The translations under genes and the position numbers were made by a program. A stretch of 64,000 nt of DNA from Clostridiales bacterium (GTDB lineage Bacteria; Bacillota; Desulfotomaculia; Desulfotomaculales; VENG01). The stretch lies in the NCBI GenBank assembly GCA_021736985.1, contig JAIPEW010000015.1, forward strand, positions 1,764 through 65,763, written 5' to 3'. Within the stretch, counting starts at the first letter, position 1, and the number at the start of each line of letters is the position of its first letter. The notes below the pieces were generated by a model, which made no database searches, had not been told where the DNA came from, and worked only from the letters and a program-made list of their open reading frames with translations. Positions 37,998-50,654 of the stretch are shown piece by piece.

Positions 37998-39364
37998 TAT
38001 TTACTCCTCTTGGCACAGGCATGTAAGAAATTATTAGCTGCAGCAGGGTTAAACCGTAGATGTAAATGCACATAAGATGCCAGGAGATTATTATCTACAT
38101 AACCTTCCTTTCTACCATCCTCACCCTTACCGCCATATAACTGGTATGCAGAACTATTTTCACCAGGAACTGATATTTGAGAGTAATGAAACTCGTGTCC
38201 TTTTATTTCATCTCCCGGTGAAGCCAGTATACTTTCCTGCCGGGGAAAAGCTCTCACATAACCCAGTGCCGCTAATTTATTTTGCATTTGCACCTGTCCC
38301 GGCACCAGGCCCACTCCCGGATATGTTTTACCTTCAAAATCTTTTAATTCTTCCATCAAGTACATTAACCCGCCGCACTCCGCATACAGCGGTATACCGC
38401 TGTAATGTGCCCGGCGTAAACAATCTTTCATTTTATTATTTTGGGCCAGTTTGGTTAAAAACATTTCCGGAAAACCCCCGCCTAAATATATACCATGTAT
38501 ATTAGATGGTAGAGAATCATCATGCAGGGGACTAAAATATATTAACCTGGCACCCAGTTCTTGCAAGTAATTTAAGCTGTCTTGATAATAAAAGTTAAAA
38601 GCTTCGTCACGGGCCACAGCCAGGTTGACAGAAAATTGCTCACTATGTTCTGTGCATAATCCAGGTTCAAAATCCGGAGCACTTTGAGCCAGTTTATACA
38701 CCGACTTTAAATCTACATCTTCTTCTACGGCCAGCGCAAGTTCTTCTACTATGCCATCCAATTCCCCCTGCTCTGCAGCAGGCAGCAGCCCCAGGTGCCT
38801 TTCCGGCATGGTCATTCCGGGGCGCCTTTTAACTGCACCCAGCACTGGCAGCCCCAGTTCTCCTTCTGCAACATCACGCAGGTTTTTAACATGCATAGCA
38901 CTCCCTACGTTATTGAATATCACTCCTGCCACATTTACTCTTGGATCAAAATCCCGGTATCCCTTGAGTAAAGCTCCACAGCTGCGCGACATACCACGGG
39001 AATTTACCACCAGTACCACGGGGGCCCGGAGCAGGCGGGAAACATGTGCAGTACTACCGCAATCACTATTTTTAACACCGTCGAAAAGACCCATTACTCC
39101 TTCTACAACGGCAACAGCACTTTCCCGTGTATTACGGTAAAAAACTTCTTTTACAATATCACCGGTTCCCATCCAGGCATCCAGATTATGAGAATATGCT
39201 CCTGCCGCCACCCTGTGAAGTCCCGGATCAATATAATCAGGACCTACTTTATAAGGCTGTACTTTATACCCATTTTTCCTCAATGCAGCCAGCAGCCCCA
39301 GGGTAAGTGTTGTTTTTCCAGCTCCACTATGCGTTCCGGCCAGTACCAACCGGGGAATGTTCAT
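37997..39364 (-). CDS. cbiA: cobyrinate a,c-diamide synthase
   Basis: GTHSGAGKTT P-loop and a C-terminal glutamine amidotransferase domain (AECGGLMYL). ATG at 39364 follows GGAGGT. The longer track ORF runs into the riboswitch. Confidence 0.92.
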   Translation of the reverse strand: MNIPRLVLAGTHSGAGKTTLTLGLLAALRKNGYKVQPYKVGPDYIDPGLHRVAAGAYSHNLDAWMGTGDIVKEVFYRNTRESAVAVVEGVMGLFDGVKNSDCGSTAHVSRLLRAPVVLVVNSRGMSRSCGALLKGYRDFDPRVNVAGVIFNNVGSAMHVKNLRDVAEGELGLPVLGAVKRRPGMTMPERHLGLLPAAEQGELDGIVEELALAVEEDVDLKSVYKLAQSAPDFEPGLCTEHSEQFSVNLAVARDEAFNFYYQDSLNYLQELGARLIYFSPLHDDSLPSNIHGIYLGGGFPEMFLTKLAQNNKMKDCLRRAHYSGIPLYAECGGLMYLMEELKDFEGKTYPGVGLVPGQVQMQNKLAALGYVRAFPRQESILASPGDEIKGHEFHYSQISVPGENSSAYQLYGGKGEDGRKEGYVDNNLLASYVHLHLRFNPAAANNFLHACAKRSK

Positions 39365-39377
39365 ATTATAACCTCCG

Positions 39378-39655
39378 AAAATTAAAAGCTCCTTACACAA
39401 AGGCAAGGAGTTTATATGCGGTATAAGTAATATGCTTTTAATACCGGCTAAGACTCGCCTCTCCTCGAAGGGGTCTAAAATAAGCACAGGCAGGTTTCCT
39501 GGCTTCCGGATCTTCCTTCCCCTACACCTTCCCGCCCGTTTCGTTTCGGGCAGTGGCTGTTTAGTAAGAGTTGTCCCCGGTTACAGTGGCGGGCCCGCTT
39601 AGGATTCACACCTAATTCCCTATACCCCAAAGGCACCTGTACCTTATTTTTTATT
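39378..39655 (-). promoter_or_regulatory. cobalamin riboswitch with terminator expression platform
   Basis: Reverse strand contains AGGGAATTAGGTGTGAATCCTAAGCGGGCCCGCCACTGTAACCGGGGA and the B12 box AGCCACTGCCCGAAA...GGGCGGGAAGG. It is followed by the terminator CTCCTT-gcctttgtgt-AAGGAG + CTTTTAATTTT (39389-39410). Confidence 0.9.
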
Positions 39656-39667
39656 AACTTTCTTAAA

Positions 39668-39696
39668 ATTATAATTAATTTTTCTATAAAAAACAA
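39668..39696 (-). promoter_or_regulatory. putative sigma-A promoter of the riboswitch-cbi operon
   Basis: Reverse strand reads TTGTTT-17 nt-TATAAT. Confidence 0.5.
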
Positions 39697-39717
39697 GAAC
39701 AAGAATTTATAATAAGT

Positions 39718-40677
39718 TTATCTGCTATTTATTTCTTTGTGCAGATCCCACAATTCTCCGGCCAGCTTTTCAACATGATCCTTACCCCTGTAACCGTTTT
39801 CCAGGACATCCAGCCAGCGCCCGGGGATTGCATTTTTCCCGTGATATCCTCCGGCAATCGCGCCGCACATAGCACCAATCGTATCGGTATCACCACCCAG
39901 CCCAACTGCGCAGACAAGGGCATTTTCAAAACTGGTATGGTTAGATAAAAAAGCATAAATAGCAGTACACACGGATTTATGTGCCTGCACCCCGTTGCCA
40001 AGAGTAGTTATAACTTCTCCGTGCTCCTCTTTATTTTCTATCAATTTTTCAACTTGTTTTAGTACATGCACATACTCATCTGAGATTGGTTTAATAAAAT
40101 CTTTTAACTGGTATATAAAATTTTGGACATCTAATTTTCCCTGCTCATTTCCTACGGCCAGGCTTACTGCCCTGGCCTGTAATACAGCACCAGCCAGGCC
40201 CAGGGGATGCTGGTGCGTTATATAACTACTGCCCCGGGCAACCTCGATCAATTTTCCAGGATCATTGTAATACAGGCATCCTACTGGAGCTATACGCATA
40301 GAAGCACCATTGCCAAACGAACCACCTGAAAAAACCATGGCACCTGCCCGGTACCATTCCACGCCTTTCTTTATTAAAGACAATGTCTGCAAAGCACCGC
40401 CGCCGTATCCCCTGCGAACATCACAATTTTCAGCCAGAGCCCGGGCCATATCCGGCCCGTTAAACCCTGTATTTTTTATTAGTGATTCAGCTACGCCAAT
40501 CATTAATTCCGTATCATCAGTATATGTACCTCTACCCAGGCGAGCTTCCAGCATATCCCTTATCTCGCCGTATTTAGAAGTTATAATATCATGATCCCAG
40601 CCCTCAACCGGCATACCCAGAGCATCACCGGTAAATGTACCCAGCAGGGCCCCGGCAAACTTATCCTTCCCGGGCAA
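39718..40677 (-). CDS. ADP-ribosylglycohydrolase family protein
   Basis: N-terminal G.LLG...GDALG.P.E motif and C-terminal GGDTDT.GA..GA..G motif of the DraG/ARH family. TTG start. Confidence 0.8.
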   Translation of the reverse strand: MPGKDKFAGALLGTFTGDALGMPVEGWDHDIITSKYGEIRDMLEARLGRGTYTDDTELMIGVAESLIKNTGFNGPDMARALAENCDVRRGYGGGALQTLSLIKKGVEWYRAGAMVFSGGSFGNGASMRIAPVGCLYYNDPGKLIEVARGSSYITHQHPLGLAGAVLQARAVSLAVGNEQGKLDVQNFIYQLKDFIKPISDEYVHVLKQVEKLIENKEEHGEVITTLGNGVQAHKSVCTAIYAFLSNHTSFENALVCAVGLGGDTDTIGAMCGAIAGGYHGKNAIPGRWLDVLENGYRGKDHVEKLAGELWDLHKEINSR

Positions 40678-40771
40678 TTACATGCACCGCCTTCAGATTC
40701 AGAATTTTTGTAAAACTTCTATTTGTTTTCTCTAAATCCTGCAGATCTCTGAAAAATAAATTATTTCCTAC

Positions 40772-41494
40772 TTACTCTCCTGCTGTCATTTCTTGTAATA
40801 TACCCGCTGCTGCTTTTGCCGGGTCTGGTGCTGCAATAATAGGACGCCCCACTACTAAATATGCTGCACCTGCATTTACTGCATCAAGCGGGGTTACTAT
40901 TCTTTTTTGGTCACCTGCAGCTGATCCTGCCGGGCGAATCCCGGGAGTGATTATTTTAAAATCTTCTCTACAAGTATTTTTTATAACCGGGGCTTCCCGT
41001 GCTGAAGACACTACCCCGTGCAAACCGGCATCTTGCGCCATTAAAGACCAGTGATGCACCTGGTCTTTAACTTCTCCGGAGATACACAGCTCGTTATTTA
41101 ATTCCTGCTTACCAATACTGGTAAGTATAGTCACTGCAACAACCAGCGGGCACTGTTTTCCCATGCGTACAGATTCGTCTTCTGCAGCTTGCGCTGCAGC
41201 TTTCATCATATCCTTTCCCCCAGCTGCGTGAACATTTATTATAGATGCTCCGCAACCCGTCAATTTCTTAACAGCCCGGGACACAGTATTAGGAATGTCG
41301 TGAATTTTTAGATCAACAAAGACTTCTCCGCCCTGTTCCCGGACTATATTAATAATACCGGGCCCACAGCTGTAAAAAAGCTCCATGCCTATTTTAAACA
41401 TTCCCACGTAAGGAGTTAATATTCTTGTTAAATCCAGCGCTTTTTCTTTGCTGTCTACGTCCAGCGCAGCTATCAAGCGTTTTCTAGCTTCCAC
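40772..41494 (-). CDS. pyrF: orotidine-5'-phosphate decarboxylase
   Basis: LIAALDV, DLK.HDIPNT and VVGRPI motifs. GTG start after GGGGGG. Confidence 0.93.
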   Translation of the reverse strand: MEARKRLIAALDVDSKEKALDLTRILTPYVGMFKIGMELFYSCGPGIINIVREQGGEVFVDLKIHDIPNTVSRAVKKLTGCGASIINVHAAGGKDMMKAAAQAAEDESVRMGKQCPLVVAVTILTSIGKQELNNELCISGEVKDQVHHWSLMAQDAGLHGVVSSAREAPVIKNTCREDFKIITPGIRPAGSAAGDQKRIVTPLDAVNAGAAYLVVGRPIIAAPDPAKAAAGILQEMTAGE

Positions 41495-41515
41495 ATTGAT
41501 CCCCCCTGAACTTAA

Positions 41516-42436
41516 CTAGTGAGCTCTGCCAATAAGATCTTTTATGTCTGCAATATCATTATCTATCAAGTACTTTTCCAGGTTTTCAATTATATCCATA
41601 GTTGCCGTAGGATTTATAAAATTGCCTGTACCTACAGCCACGACAGAAGCTCCTGCCATTATAAACTCTAAAGCGTCTTCGGCAGTAGTAATACCTCCTA
41701 TCCCAATAATCGGCAAGTCAATTTCCCGGTAGACCTGCCATACTGACCTTACTGCAACAGGTTTTACAGCAGGACCGCTCAACCCTCCAAAGTTATTTCC
41801 CAGGGAAGGACGCATAGTATTTATATCAATTTTCATTCCCAGCAGTGTATTAATCATAGATAAAGCATCCGCCCCGGCTCTAGCTACTTTTTCTGCCACT
41901 TTAACTATGCTGGAAACATTGGGAGACAATTTTATTATAACCGGAAGATTGGTACTTGCCTTTACTGCCCCGGCAACTTCTGCAGCAGACTCCGGATCAC
42001 TACCGAACTGTAGCCCGCCTTTTTTTACATTAGGACAGGATATGTTTACCTCGATACCCGCAGCACAGGAATTATTTAGTTTTTGAGCCAGTTTAGCATA
42101 ATCAGCCGGGGTATCGCCGGAAATATTTACAATTACAGGCACATTTTTATTTTGCAGATGCGGCAGTATTTCATTCACCACGGTTTCTATACCTGGATTC
42201 TGCAAGCCGATGGCATTGAGTATACCGCAAGGAGTTTCCTCTATGCGCGGCGGGGGATTACCTTGACGCGGGTGCAGAGTAGTACCTTTCACAACCAGCG
42301 CACCCAGCCGAGAAAGATCAACATAATCAGCATATTCATTCCCAAAACCAAAAGTGCCTGAAGCTGTAGCTACCGGGTTTTGCATTTTTATACCTGCAAT
42401 ATCAACTGCTAGATTTACATTTTTATTCATTTCCAC
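41516..42436 (-). CDS. pyrD: dihydroorotate dehydrogenase 1B, catalytic subunit
   Basis: NPV..ASGTFG, NISCPN and GGI....DA.EF..AGAS motifs. Confidence 0.93.
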   Translation of the reverse strand: MEMNKNVNLAVDIAGIKMQNPVATASGTFGFGNEYADYVDLSRLGALVVKGTTLHPRQGNPPPRIEETPCGILNAIGLQNPGIETVVNEILPHLQNKNVPVIVNISGDTPADYAKLAQKLNNSCAAGIEVNISCPNVKKGGLQFGSDPESAAEVAGAVKASTNLPVIIKLSPNVSSIVKVAEKVARAGADALSMINTLLGMKIDINTMRPSLGNNFGGLSGPAVKPVAVRSVWQVYREIDLPIIGIGGITTAEDALEFIMAGASVVAVGTGNFINPTATMDIIENLEKYLIDNDIADIKDLIGRAH

Positions 42437-43206
42437 ACCACCTCACCGGCAGAAAAAACCGGGCCGTCAACACAAACACGGCTGTATGTATATTCTTTTT
42501 CTTTTTCTTGATATGTCTTGCACACACATGAAAGGCATGCACCTACACCACAGCCCATTTTTTCTTCCAGGGAAAACTGGCCGGCAGCTTTATTTTCTTC
42601 CATGTCCCCGGCCAATTTCTTTAACATGGGAACCGGGCCGCAGGCAAACACCTGCACATCCTTATTAAGATAAGGCAAGCAGGTATCCGTAACCGGGCCC
42701 CGGTACCCCGCAGAACCATCGTCAGTAGCTGTACGTACGCAGTGGCCCAGAGCTTTTATGTCCTCCACTGCCAGGAGATGCTCTGAAGAACTTGCTCCTA
42801 TGAAAACGTCCACCTGCATTTGCATCCCTGATAATTCTTGCAGTAAAAAATAGAGCGGTGCAGCGCCAATACCACCGCCAACCACCAGCGGGGTACCGCT
42901 GCAAGACATATTAAAACCATGTCCCAGCGGGCCCATAACATCTAACTTATCCAGGCTGTCCAACATGGACGTACCGCGCCCTGCTTTTCTATAAAGCATA
43001 CTTATGGTTTTACCGCTTCTTTGGACTGCATGTATACTAATAGGGCGGCGAAGCAGTGGATCCATTGTGCCAGAACACTTTACATGTAAAAACTGCCCTG
43101 GCTTTGCTCCTGCAGCCAGCTCCGGGGCATATAATTTTAACAAACCGTAACACGGCTTAATTTGTTTTTTTTCTATAATATCAAAAGTTTTTTTTACGGG
43201 CTTCAT
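42427..43206 (-). CDS. pyrK: dihydroorotate dehydrogenase electron-transfer subunit
   Basis: FAD/NAD-binding domain (RRPISI) plus a C-terminal 2Fe-2S motif, CG.G.C..C. Confidence 0.9.
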   Translation of the reverse strand: MKPVKKTFDIIEKKQIKPCYGLLKLYAPELAAGAKPGQFLHVKCSGTMDPLLRRPISIHAVQRSGKTISMLYRKAGRGTSMLDSLDKLDVMGPLGHGFNMSCSGTPLVVGGGIGAAPLYFLLQELSGMQMQVDVFIGASSSEHLLAVEDIKALGHCVRTATDDGSAGYRGPVTDTCLPYLNKDVQVFACGPVPMLKKLAGDMEENKAAGQFSLEEKMGCGVGACLSCVCKTYQEKEKEYTYSRVCVDGPVFSAGEVVWK

Positions 43207-43272
43207 TATTTTTTTTCCTCCTGCCGCGCTGGTTTTAATAACCCCCCGGGTTCTTCCGGGGGGTAGTAATAA

Positions 43273-46200
43273 CTAGGCATGATAATCCTGCAGCGCTATA
43301 ATGTCCATTCCAAAACCTTCTTTAAACTCTCTCAACACTTCAAGTGCTGCCTTAGCTGTATCCAGCGACGTTAATGCAGGAACTCCCATTTCCACGACCG
43401 CCCTGCGAATGCGGAAACCATCTCTTTCCGGAACCTTGCCCTTTGTCAAGGTGTTCACTACCAGGTGAATTTTTTGCGCCCGCAGCAAGTCTACTATATG
43501 TGGGGAACCTTCTCCAATCTTGTTGACTCTTTCAACACTGAGCCCCTTCTTCTCAAAATAATCAGCAGTTCCCCCCGTAGCACAGATATTATAACCCAGT
43601 TCTGAAAAACCTTTAAAGATATCATATGCTTCTTCTTTATCCTTGTCCGCTATAGTAGCCAGGATTGTACCCCGGGACGGGAACACGTTGCCTGCAGCAG
43701 CTAAAGCTTTGTATAACGCGGCAGGATAAGAACGGGCAACTCCCATTACTTCTCCGGTCGATTTCATTTCTGGGCCGAGAGAAATATCAACATCCACCAG
43801 CTTGGCGAAGCTAAATACAGGTGCTTTTACTCCCACTATGCCGGGCTCGTCGTAAAGCCCTCCTTCATAGCCCATCTCCCTGAGCTTCCTCCCCATAATA
43901 ACTTTGGTAGCAAGGTTTACTGCAGGAATATTAGAAATTTTACTCATATACGGCACAGTACGGCTGGCCCTGGGATTAACTTCAAGCACGTACAGGTCAC
44001 CATTATATAACACGTACTGTATATTAATCATACCTCTTACATTAAGCTCCAGGGCCAGCCGTGTAGTATAATCCAATATTTTATCTTTAATAGACTGGTC
44101 GAGCCCGTTGGGTGGATAAGCAGCAATGCTGTCGCCCGAGTGTACCCCTGCTCTTTCTATGTGCTTCATTATGCCGGGAATTAAGACTCTTTCACCATCA
44201 GCAACTGCATCTACTTCCAGTTCTACACCCAGGAAATATTTATCAACTAATACAGGGTGTTCCGGGGTTATTAATACAGCGTTATTCATGTAATTGCGCA
44301 GCTCATCCATGTTATAAACAATCTCCATGGCTCTGCCGCCAAGCACATACGACGGGCGTACAAGCACCGGAAAACCAAGGTCCAGGGCAATTTGCTCGGC
44401 CTGATCAAAAGAAAACGCAGTACCTCCCGGCGGGCGGGGAATATCCAGGTCATTCAGCATGGAATCAAAACGCTCCCGGTCTTCTGCCCTGTCTATGTCT
44501 TCCATTGATGTACCCAGTACTTTAACATCTTCCTTGCTAAGTTGTTCGGCCAGGTTAATAGCCGTCTGCCCGCCGAACTGTACAATTATTCCCTCCGGCT
44601 TTTCCTTTTCCAGTACATTTAATACATCTTCTAAAACAAGGGGTTCAAAGTATAATCTATCTGAAGTATCAAAATCGGTGCTAACCGTTTCCGGGTTATT
44701 ATTTAAAATAATAGCCTCTATGTTTTCCTGGCGCAGCGCCCAAACAGAATGCACGCAGCAATAGTCAAATTCAATTCCCTGGCCGATTCGAATGGGCCCA
44801 CCGCCTAAAACAATTACCTTTTTATTATCTCCCGTTTTTACTTCATCTTCTTGTTCGTAACAGGAATAATAATAAGGAGTCTGGGCTTCAAATTCTGCAG
44901 CACAAGTATCAACCATCTTGTAAACCGGCTTCACCCCGTGAAAGGCAAACATTTCACGAACCTCTTTTTCTGTCATACCAGTTACTTCAGCAATATACTT
45001 ATCTGATATCCCTGTTTTCTTTACATCCTGCAGTAGTTTTGGAGCTAATACATTTTTCCCGAGCTGGCGAAGTGTTTCTTCCAACTGCACAATGTTATGT
45101 ATTTTCTGCAGAAAAAAGCGGTCAACTCTAGTTATATTAAATATGCGCTCCATTAACATCCCGCGTCTAAGCGCCTCGGCAACTACAAACAACCTCTGGT
45201 CATCAGGGTAACGGAGTCTACTTTCAATTTTCGCATCGGACATTTCTCTTAGTTCCGGTATAATCAAACTGTGCAAGCCTATCTCCAGGGAACGCACGGC
45301 CTTCATAACAGCTTCCTCCATAGTGCGTCCTATAGACATAACCTCACCGGTTGCCTTCATCTGCGTCCCCAGCGAGCGGTCACCCAGTATAAACTTGTCA
45401 AAGGGCCAGCGGGGAAACTTGATTACAACATAATCTATGGTAGGTTCAAAACTGGCATAAGTTTTTCCGGTAACAGCATTTCTAATTTGATCCAGGGTTA
45501 AACCGACGGCTATCTTGGTAGCTACCTTGGCAATAGGATAACCTGTAGCCTTGGAAGCCAGAGCCGAAGATCTTGACACTCTGGGGTTTACTTCTATGAC
45601 GTAATAATCAAAACTCTGGGGATCAAGTGCAAACTGTACATTACATCCTCCCTCTACTCCAAGGGCACGAATAATTTTCAGGGAAGCAGTACGCAGCAGC
45701 TGGTACTCAACATCACTCAAAGTTTGAGCTGGAGCAGTTACTATACTGTCACCGGTATGAATACCCATTGGATCAAGGTTTTCCATGCTGCATATAGTTA
45801 TACAGTTATCATTGCTGTCCCGCATAACTTCAAACTCTATCTCTTTCCAGCCCACTACACACTTTTCTATAAGCGCCTGGTTAATTATGCTGGCATTAAG
45901 TCCTCTACTGGTAGTATCTATTAAGTCTTCCATACTATCTACAATGCCGCCCCCGGTACCTCCCAGAGTATAAGCAGGGCGCACAACCAGCGGGAAGCCT
46001 ATTTTTTTTGCGAAATCAACTGCATCTTCCACTGTACTAACAATAGTGCTTTCAGGAACCGGCTCATTAATGTTGGCCATGGTAGATTTGAACTCTTCCC
46101 GGTCTTCAGCACGCTCAATGGCTTCCAGTTGAGTTCCCAGCAATTCAACACTTTCTTCCTGCAAAACACCTTCTTTTGATAACTTTAAAGCCATGTTTAG

Positions 46201-46485
46201 ACCTATCTGGCCGCCCAGGCTTGGAAGAAGACCGTCAGGCTTTTCTTCCCGTATTACTTTTTTTACAAATTCTTGAGTTATCGGTTCTATATATACCCGG
46301 TCAGCCATGTTAGCATCAGTCATTATAGTAGCCGGATTGCTGTTAATCAGGATTACTTCCAGTCCTTCTTCTTTGAGAGCCTGACAGGCCTGTGTACCTG
46401 CATAATCAAATTCAGCAGCCTGTCCTATTATAATAGGCCCTGAACCAATAACCATTACTTTTTTTATATCTTTTTTGCTTGCCAT
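43273..46485 (-). CDS. carB: carbamoyl-phosphate synthase large subunit
   Basis: 1070 aa with duplicated ATP-grasp halves and an MGS-like C-terminal domain. Confidence 0.96.
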   Translation of the reverse strand: MASKKDIKKVMVIGSGPIIIGQAAEFDYAGTQACQALKEEGLEVILINSNPATIMTDANMADRVYIEPITQEFVKKVIREEKPDGLLPSLGGQIGLNMALKLSKEGVLQEESVELLGTQLEAIERAEDREEFKSTMANINEPVPESTIVSTVEDAVDFAKKIGFPLVVRPAYTLGGTGGGIVDSMEDLIDTTSRGLNASIINQALIEKCVVGWKEIEFEVMRDSNDNCITICSMENLDPMGIHTGDSIVTAPAQTLSDVEYQLLRTASLKIIRALGVEGGCNVQFALDPQSFDYYVIEVNPRVSRSSALASKATGYPIAKVATKIAVGLTLDQIRNAVTGKTYASFEPTIDYVVIKFPRWPFDKFILGDRSLGTQMKATGEVMSIGRTMEEAVMKAVRSLEIGLHSLIIPELREMSDAKIESRLRYPDDQRLFVVAEALRRGMLMERIFNITRVDRFFLQKIHNIVQLEETLRQLGKNVLAPKLLQDVKKTGISDKYIAEVTGMTEKEVREMFAFHGVKPVYKMVDTCAAEFEAQTPYYYSCYEQEDEVKTGDNKKVIVLGGGPIRIGQGIEFDYCCVHSVWALRQENIEAIILNNNPETVSTDFDTSDRLYFEPLVLEDVLNVLEKEKPEGIIVQFGGQTAINLAEQLSKEDVKVLGTSMEDIDRAEDRERFDSMLNDLDIPRPPGGTAFSFDQAEQIALDLGFPVLVRPSYVLGGRAMEIVYNMDELRNYMNNAVLITPEHPVLVDKYFLGVELEVDAVADGERVLIPGIMKHIERAGVHSGDSIAAYPPNGLDQSIKDKILDYTTRLALELNVRGMINIQYVLYNGDLYVLEVNPRASRTVPYMSKISNIPAVNLATKVIMGRKLREMGYEGGLYDEPGIVGVKAPVFSFAKLVDVDISLGPEMKSTGEVMGVARSYPAALYKALAAAGNVFPSRGTILATIADKDKEEAYDIFKGFSELGYNICATGGTADYFEKKGLSVERVNKIGEGSPHIVDLLRAQKIHLVVNTLTKGKVPERDGFRIRRAVVEMGVPALTSLDTAKAALEVLREFKEGFGMDIIALQDYHA

Positions 46486-46486
46486 A

Positions 46487-47575
46487 TTACTTACCCTCCC
46501 CTGGAAGCATCATTTTCATAAACGAGTCAAAAAGGTAATCTGATTCTTGCGGTCCCGGAGCTCCCTCCGGGTGATATTGAACTGAAAATACTGGTAAACT
46601 GTTGTGCTTGAGTCCTTCCACGGTGTTATCATTTAAATTTATATGCGTTACTGAAACATCCAGCCCGGCCAGGCTATTTTCATCTACAGAAAAACCGTGA
46701 TTGTGAGAAGAGATATAAACTTTTTCATTCTGTAAATCTTTTACGGGATGGTTTGCGCCACGATGCCCAAACTTCATTTTATAAGTTTTTGCTCCCAGGG
46801 CCTGGGCAATAACCTGGTGTCCAAGGCAAATGCCGAACACAGGGGCCCTGCGGCTTATCAATTCTTTTACTGTCTCTACAGCATAAGGAACATTTTCAGG
46901 ATCCCCGGGCCCGTTGGACAGCATTACCCCCGCGGGCTCAAGTTCCAGTATATCGCTTGCATCCGTGCTTGCAGGAACTACTACAACTTCGCACCCGCGC
47001 TGCGAGAACCTGCGTATAATATTTAACTTAGAACCAAAGTCCATCAGCACTACCCGCGGACCTTCACCGGATACTGTAAAAGACTCCCGGCAGGTTACTT
47101 CAGGCACCCAATTTTGAGTGCTGTAATCCGGACAAGCACGTGCTTTTTCAATTACCTTTTCTTTATTATTTGTATTTGTTTTAATAGCAGCCCGCATAGT
47201 TCCATGATCGCGGAGGTGCCGGGTAAGAGCCCGGGTATCTATGCCGGCTATTCCTATAATCCCCTGCTTTGCCAGAAAATCCGACAACCGGTAAGTGGCA
47301 CGCCAATTACTTGGGTAATCACTTTTTTCCCTTACTACAAAACCGCGTATAAAAGACCTGTCTGCCTCGTAATCCTCCCTATTTATTCCATAATTGCCAA
47401 CAAGAGGATAGGTCATTACAACTATTTGACCGCAATAAGAAGGATCAGTGAGGACTTCCTGGTATCCTGTCATCCCTGTATTAAATACAGCCTCACCGCA
47501 TTGATCTCCCTCTGCACCAAAAGCCTGACCCTCAAAAACTGTTCCATCTTCCAGGGCTAATAATGCCTTCAACAA
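46487..47575 (-). CDS. carA: carbamoyl-phosphate synthase small (glutaminase) subunit
   Basis: Catalytic GICLGHQ and H.PE triad motifs. Confidence 0.95.
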   Translation of the reverse strand: MLKALLALEDGTVFEGQAFGAEGDQCGEAVFNTGMTGYQEVLTDPSYCGQIVVMTYPLVGNYGINREDYEADRSFIRGFVVREKSDYPSNWRATYRLSDFLAKQGIIGIAGIDTRALTRHLRDHGTMRAAIKTNTNNKEKVIEKARACPDYSTQNWVPEVTCRESFTVSGEGPRVVLMDFGSKLNIIRRFSQRGCEVVVVPASTDASDILELEPAGVMLSNGPGDPENVPYAVETVKELISRRAPVFGICLGHQVIAQALGAKTYKMKFGHRGANHPVKDLQNEKVYISSHNHGFSVDENSLAGLDVSVTHINLNDNTVEGLKHNSLPVFSVQYHPEGAPGPQESDYLFDSFMKMMLPGEGK

Positions 47576-47595
47576 AAAGCACCTCCGCTAAACTT

Positions 47596-48870
47596 TTAAT
47601 GTTTGTATACCATAATGCCGTTTAAAATAGTTATTAAAACTTTGCCAGTCAACTTTTTTCCTGCAAAAGGTGTATTTTTACTTCTGCCGGCAAAAAACTC
47701 CGGGTCTACTTCCCACTCTTTGTTTGGTTCAATTGCAATAATATCAGCAGGCATACCGGGCACCAGCGTACCAGCACATATCCCCAGTATCCGTGCCGGG
47801 TTTAAAGTAATTTTAGCCACAGCATCCTCAACATTTAAAATCCCCGGTTTAACAAGCTCATTCCAGATCAGCCCGGCAGCAGTCTCCACTCCTGCAATGC
47901 CAAACGGGGCCAGGTCATATTCCACATCTTTTTCTTCCATAGTATGCGGCGCGTGATCAGTGGCAATTACATCTATAGTACCGTCGGCCAACCCTTCTTT
48001 TACTGCTTCCACGTCTTTTGCCTCGCGCAGGGGCGGGTTAACCTTGGTAAAAGTGTTGTAACCTTTAACTGCTTCGTGAGTCAGCGTGAAATGATGAGGA
48101 GCAACTTCTGCAGTCACATTCACTCCCCGTGCTTTTGCCTCTCTTACAAGCTGAATAGAACGGGCAGTACTTACATGCGCTATATGAAGGCGGCATCCAG
48201 TTTCTTCTGCTAAAATAATATCTCTTGCTACCATCACCTCTTCTGCCGAAGCAGGTATTCCCTTTAATCCTAGTGCAGTAGAAACAGCACCTTCATGCAT
48301 AACTCCTTCGCCTGCTAAATCCAGGTTTTCACAATGAGAGATTACCGGCAGGTCAAGCATGGAAGCATACTGCATGGCCCTGCGCATAACTCCGGCACTG
48401 TTCACCGGGCGCCCGTCATCAGATATAGCTGCGGCACCAGCATCTTTCAACTCGGCAATTTCTGATAGTAGTTTCCCCTCGCTGTTCTTGGTTATAGCAC
48501 CAACAGGATAGACCCTGGCATTTCCTGCTTCCTTTGCCCTGTTTAAAATAAAATTAATTACAGAAGCATTATCTGCCACAGGATTAGTATTAGGCATGCA
48601 GGCTACTGATGTAACCCCGCCTCTTAAAGCAGCAAAAGTTCCTGTTTGTATAGTTTCTTTTGCTTCAAATCCCGGTTCCCTGAGATGAACATGCATGTCC
48701 ACAATCCCCGGCATAACAATTTTTCCAGCTGCATCTATAATCTCTGCATCCGGGGACTCCAAACTTTCCCCTACAGAAGCTATCTTAGCGTTCTCCGTTA
48801 ATACATCGCAGTTTTTTTTAATATTCCTTGCAGGGTCAATCACAATTCCGTTTTTAATCAACAGGCACAC
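47596..48870 (-). CDS. pyrC: dihydroorotase
   Basis: [10 protein letters not shown] and DHAPH motifs. Start set to GTG 48870, 8 nt after GGAGGTGA; the track start at 48882 has no usable spacing. Confidence 0.9.
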   Translation of the reverse strand: MCLLIKNGIVIDPARNIKKNCDVLTENAKIASVGESLESPDAEIIDAAGKIVMPGIVDMHVHLREPGFEAKETIQTGTFAALRGGVTSVACMPNTNPVADNASVINFILNRAKEAGNARVYPVGAITKNSEGKLLSEIAELKDAGAAAISDDGRPVNSAGVMRRAMQYASMLDLPVISHCENLDLAGEGVMHEGAVSTALGLKGIPASAEEVMVARDIILAEETGCRLHIAHVSTARSIQLVREAKARGVNVTAEVAPHHFTLTHEAVKGYNTFTKVNPPLREAKDVEAVKEGLADGTIDVIATDHAPHTMEEKDVEYDLAPFGIAGVETAAGLIWNELVKPGILNVEDAVAKITLNPARILGICAGTLVPGMPADIIAIEPNKEWEVDPEFFAGRSKNTPFAGKKLTGKVLITILNGIMVYKH

Positions 48871-49798
48871 TACTAGCTTCACCTCCCCTGGCCAAAAGGT
48901 ACAACACGGCCATCCTAACTGCTACACCGTTATTTACCTGGGCCTGTATTACTGACTGCTTGCAATCTGCTGCATCACAGGTAATCTCTACTCCCCTGTT
49001 AACGGGCCCGGGATGCATAACTACCGCCTCGCTAGAAGCAAGTTTTAACCGCTCTTTATTAATACCATAAAGGCGGGCATACTCCCGCAGCCCCGGGAAA
49101 AGTCCTTCTTCCTGCCTTTCCTTTTGTATTCTCAACACATAGATTATGTCAGCCCCATCCAGGGCCTCGTCCAGGTTGTTGTACACCCGGGCTCCCAGTT
49201 CTTCTATCCCCGGAGGAACAAGAGTTGTTGGCCCACACACACTAACCCGGGCACCCATCTTTTTAAAAGCCAGTATACCAGACCTGGCTACCCTGCTGTG
49301 CATAATATCTCCAACAACAACAATCTGCAGTCCTTTTATCGTCCCTTTTACCTCCTGGACAGTAAACAGATCTAAAAGAGACTGGGTTGGGTGCTCATGC
49401 GCACCATCTCCCGCGTTAACTACAGGAAAAGGGACTGTCTGAGCCATCATCGCAGCAGCGCCCGGCATAGGATGCCTTAATATTATTACATCAGCCCCCA
49501 GTGCCTCCAAGGTTCGTGCCGTATCTTTAAGACTCTCTCCCTTGGAAACACTGCTAGCACTCCCCGATACGTTTACGCCCTCAGCACTCAAGTATTTTGC
49601 TGCTAATTCAAAAGATGTCCGCGTACGCGTACTGGGTTCATAAAATACATTTGCTACAGTACGTCCCTTGAGGGTAGGCACTTTTTTTATAGGCCGGGAT
49701 ATTATTTCCTTCATGGGTCGTGCTGTATCCAGTATATACTGTATTTCCATCTCACTCATATGCTCTATCCCGATCAAGTCTTTGCCTCGCAGTGTCAA
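48854..49798 (-). CDS. pyrB: aspartate carbamoyltransferase catalytic subunit
   Basis: STRTR and HP.Q motifs. TTG start after AAGGAGG. Confidence 0.94.
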   Translation of the reverse strand: MTLRGKDLIGIEHMSEMEIQYILDTARPMKEIISRPIKKVPTLKGRTVANVFYEPSTRTRTSFELAAKYLSAEGVNVSGSASSVSKGESLKDTARTLEALGADVIILRHPMPGAAAMMAQTVPFPVVNAGDGAHEHPTQSLLDLFTVQEVKGTIKGLQIVVVGDIMHSRVARSGILAFKKMGARVSVCGPTTLVPPGIEELGARVYNNLDEALDGADIIYVLRIQKERQEEGLFPGLREYARLYGINKERLKLASSEAVVMHPGPVNRGVEITCDAADCKQSVIQAQVNNGVAVRMAVLYLLARGGEASSVPVD

Positions 49799-49821
49799 GT
49801 CAGATCCTCCTTATTGCTTAT

Positions 49822-49915
49822 AAAAAAACCTCGTCCGGATATATTCCAAACGAGGCCACCAAAGGTTTAGCGAACATCCCTTGGCAGCCTCTCTGGACCG
49901 CTTAAAAGGACAGCA
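49822..49915 (-). promoter_or_regulatory. PyrR-dependent transcription attenuator (pyrR-pyrB intercistronic)
   Basis: Reverse strand carries the PyrR binding loop GGTCCAGAGAGGCTGCC (49899-49883). It is followed by the terminator CCTCGT..ACGAGG + T7 (49855-49822). Confidence 0.85.
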
Positions 49916-49921
49916 TTTTTA

Positions 49922-50600
<679 letters not shown>

Positions 50601-50654
50601 ACGAGGATAGCAAATATATTCTTATAAGTCAACCGTATTTACAATAAATTAAGA

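Noticed and set aside
39364-39702. The N-terminal extension of cbiA to 39487, and the 75-aa ORF at 39475-39702.
   Set aside because: Both lie within the cobalamin riboswitch and its terminator. The conserved CbiA N-terminus starts at the ATG at 39364, which has a GGAGGT RBS.
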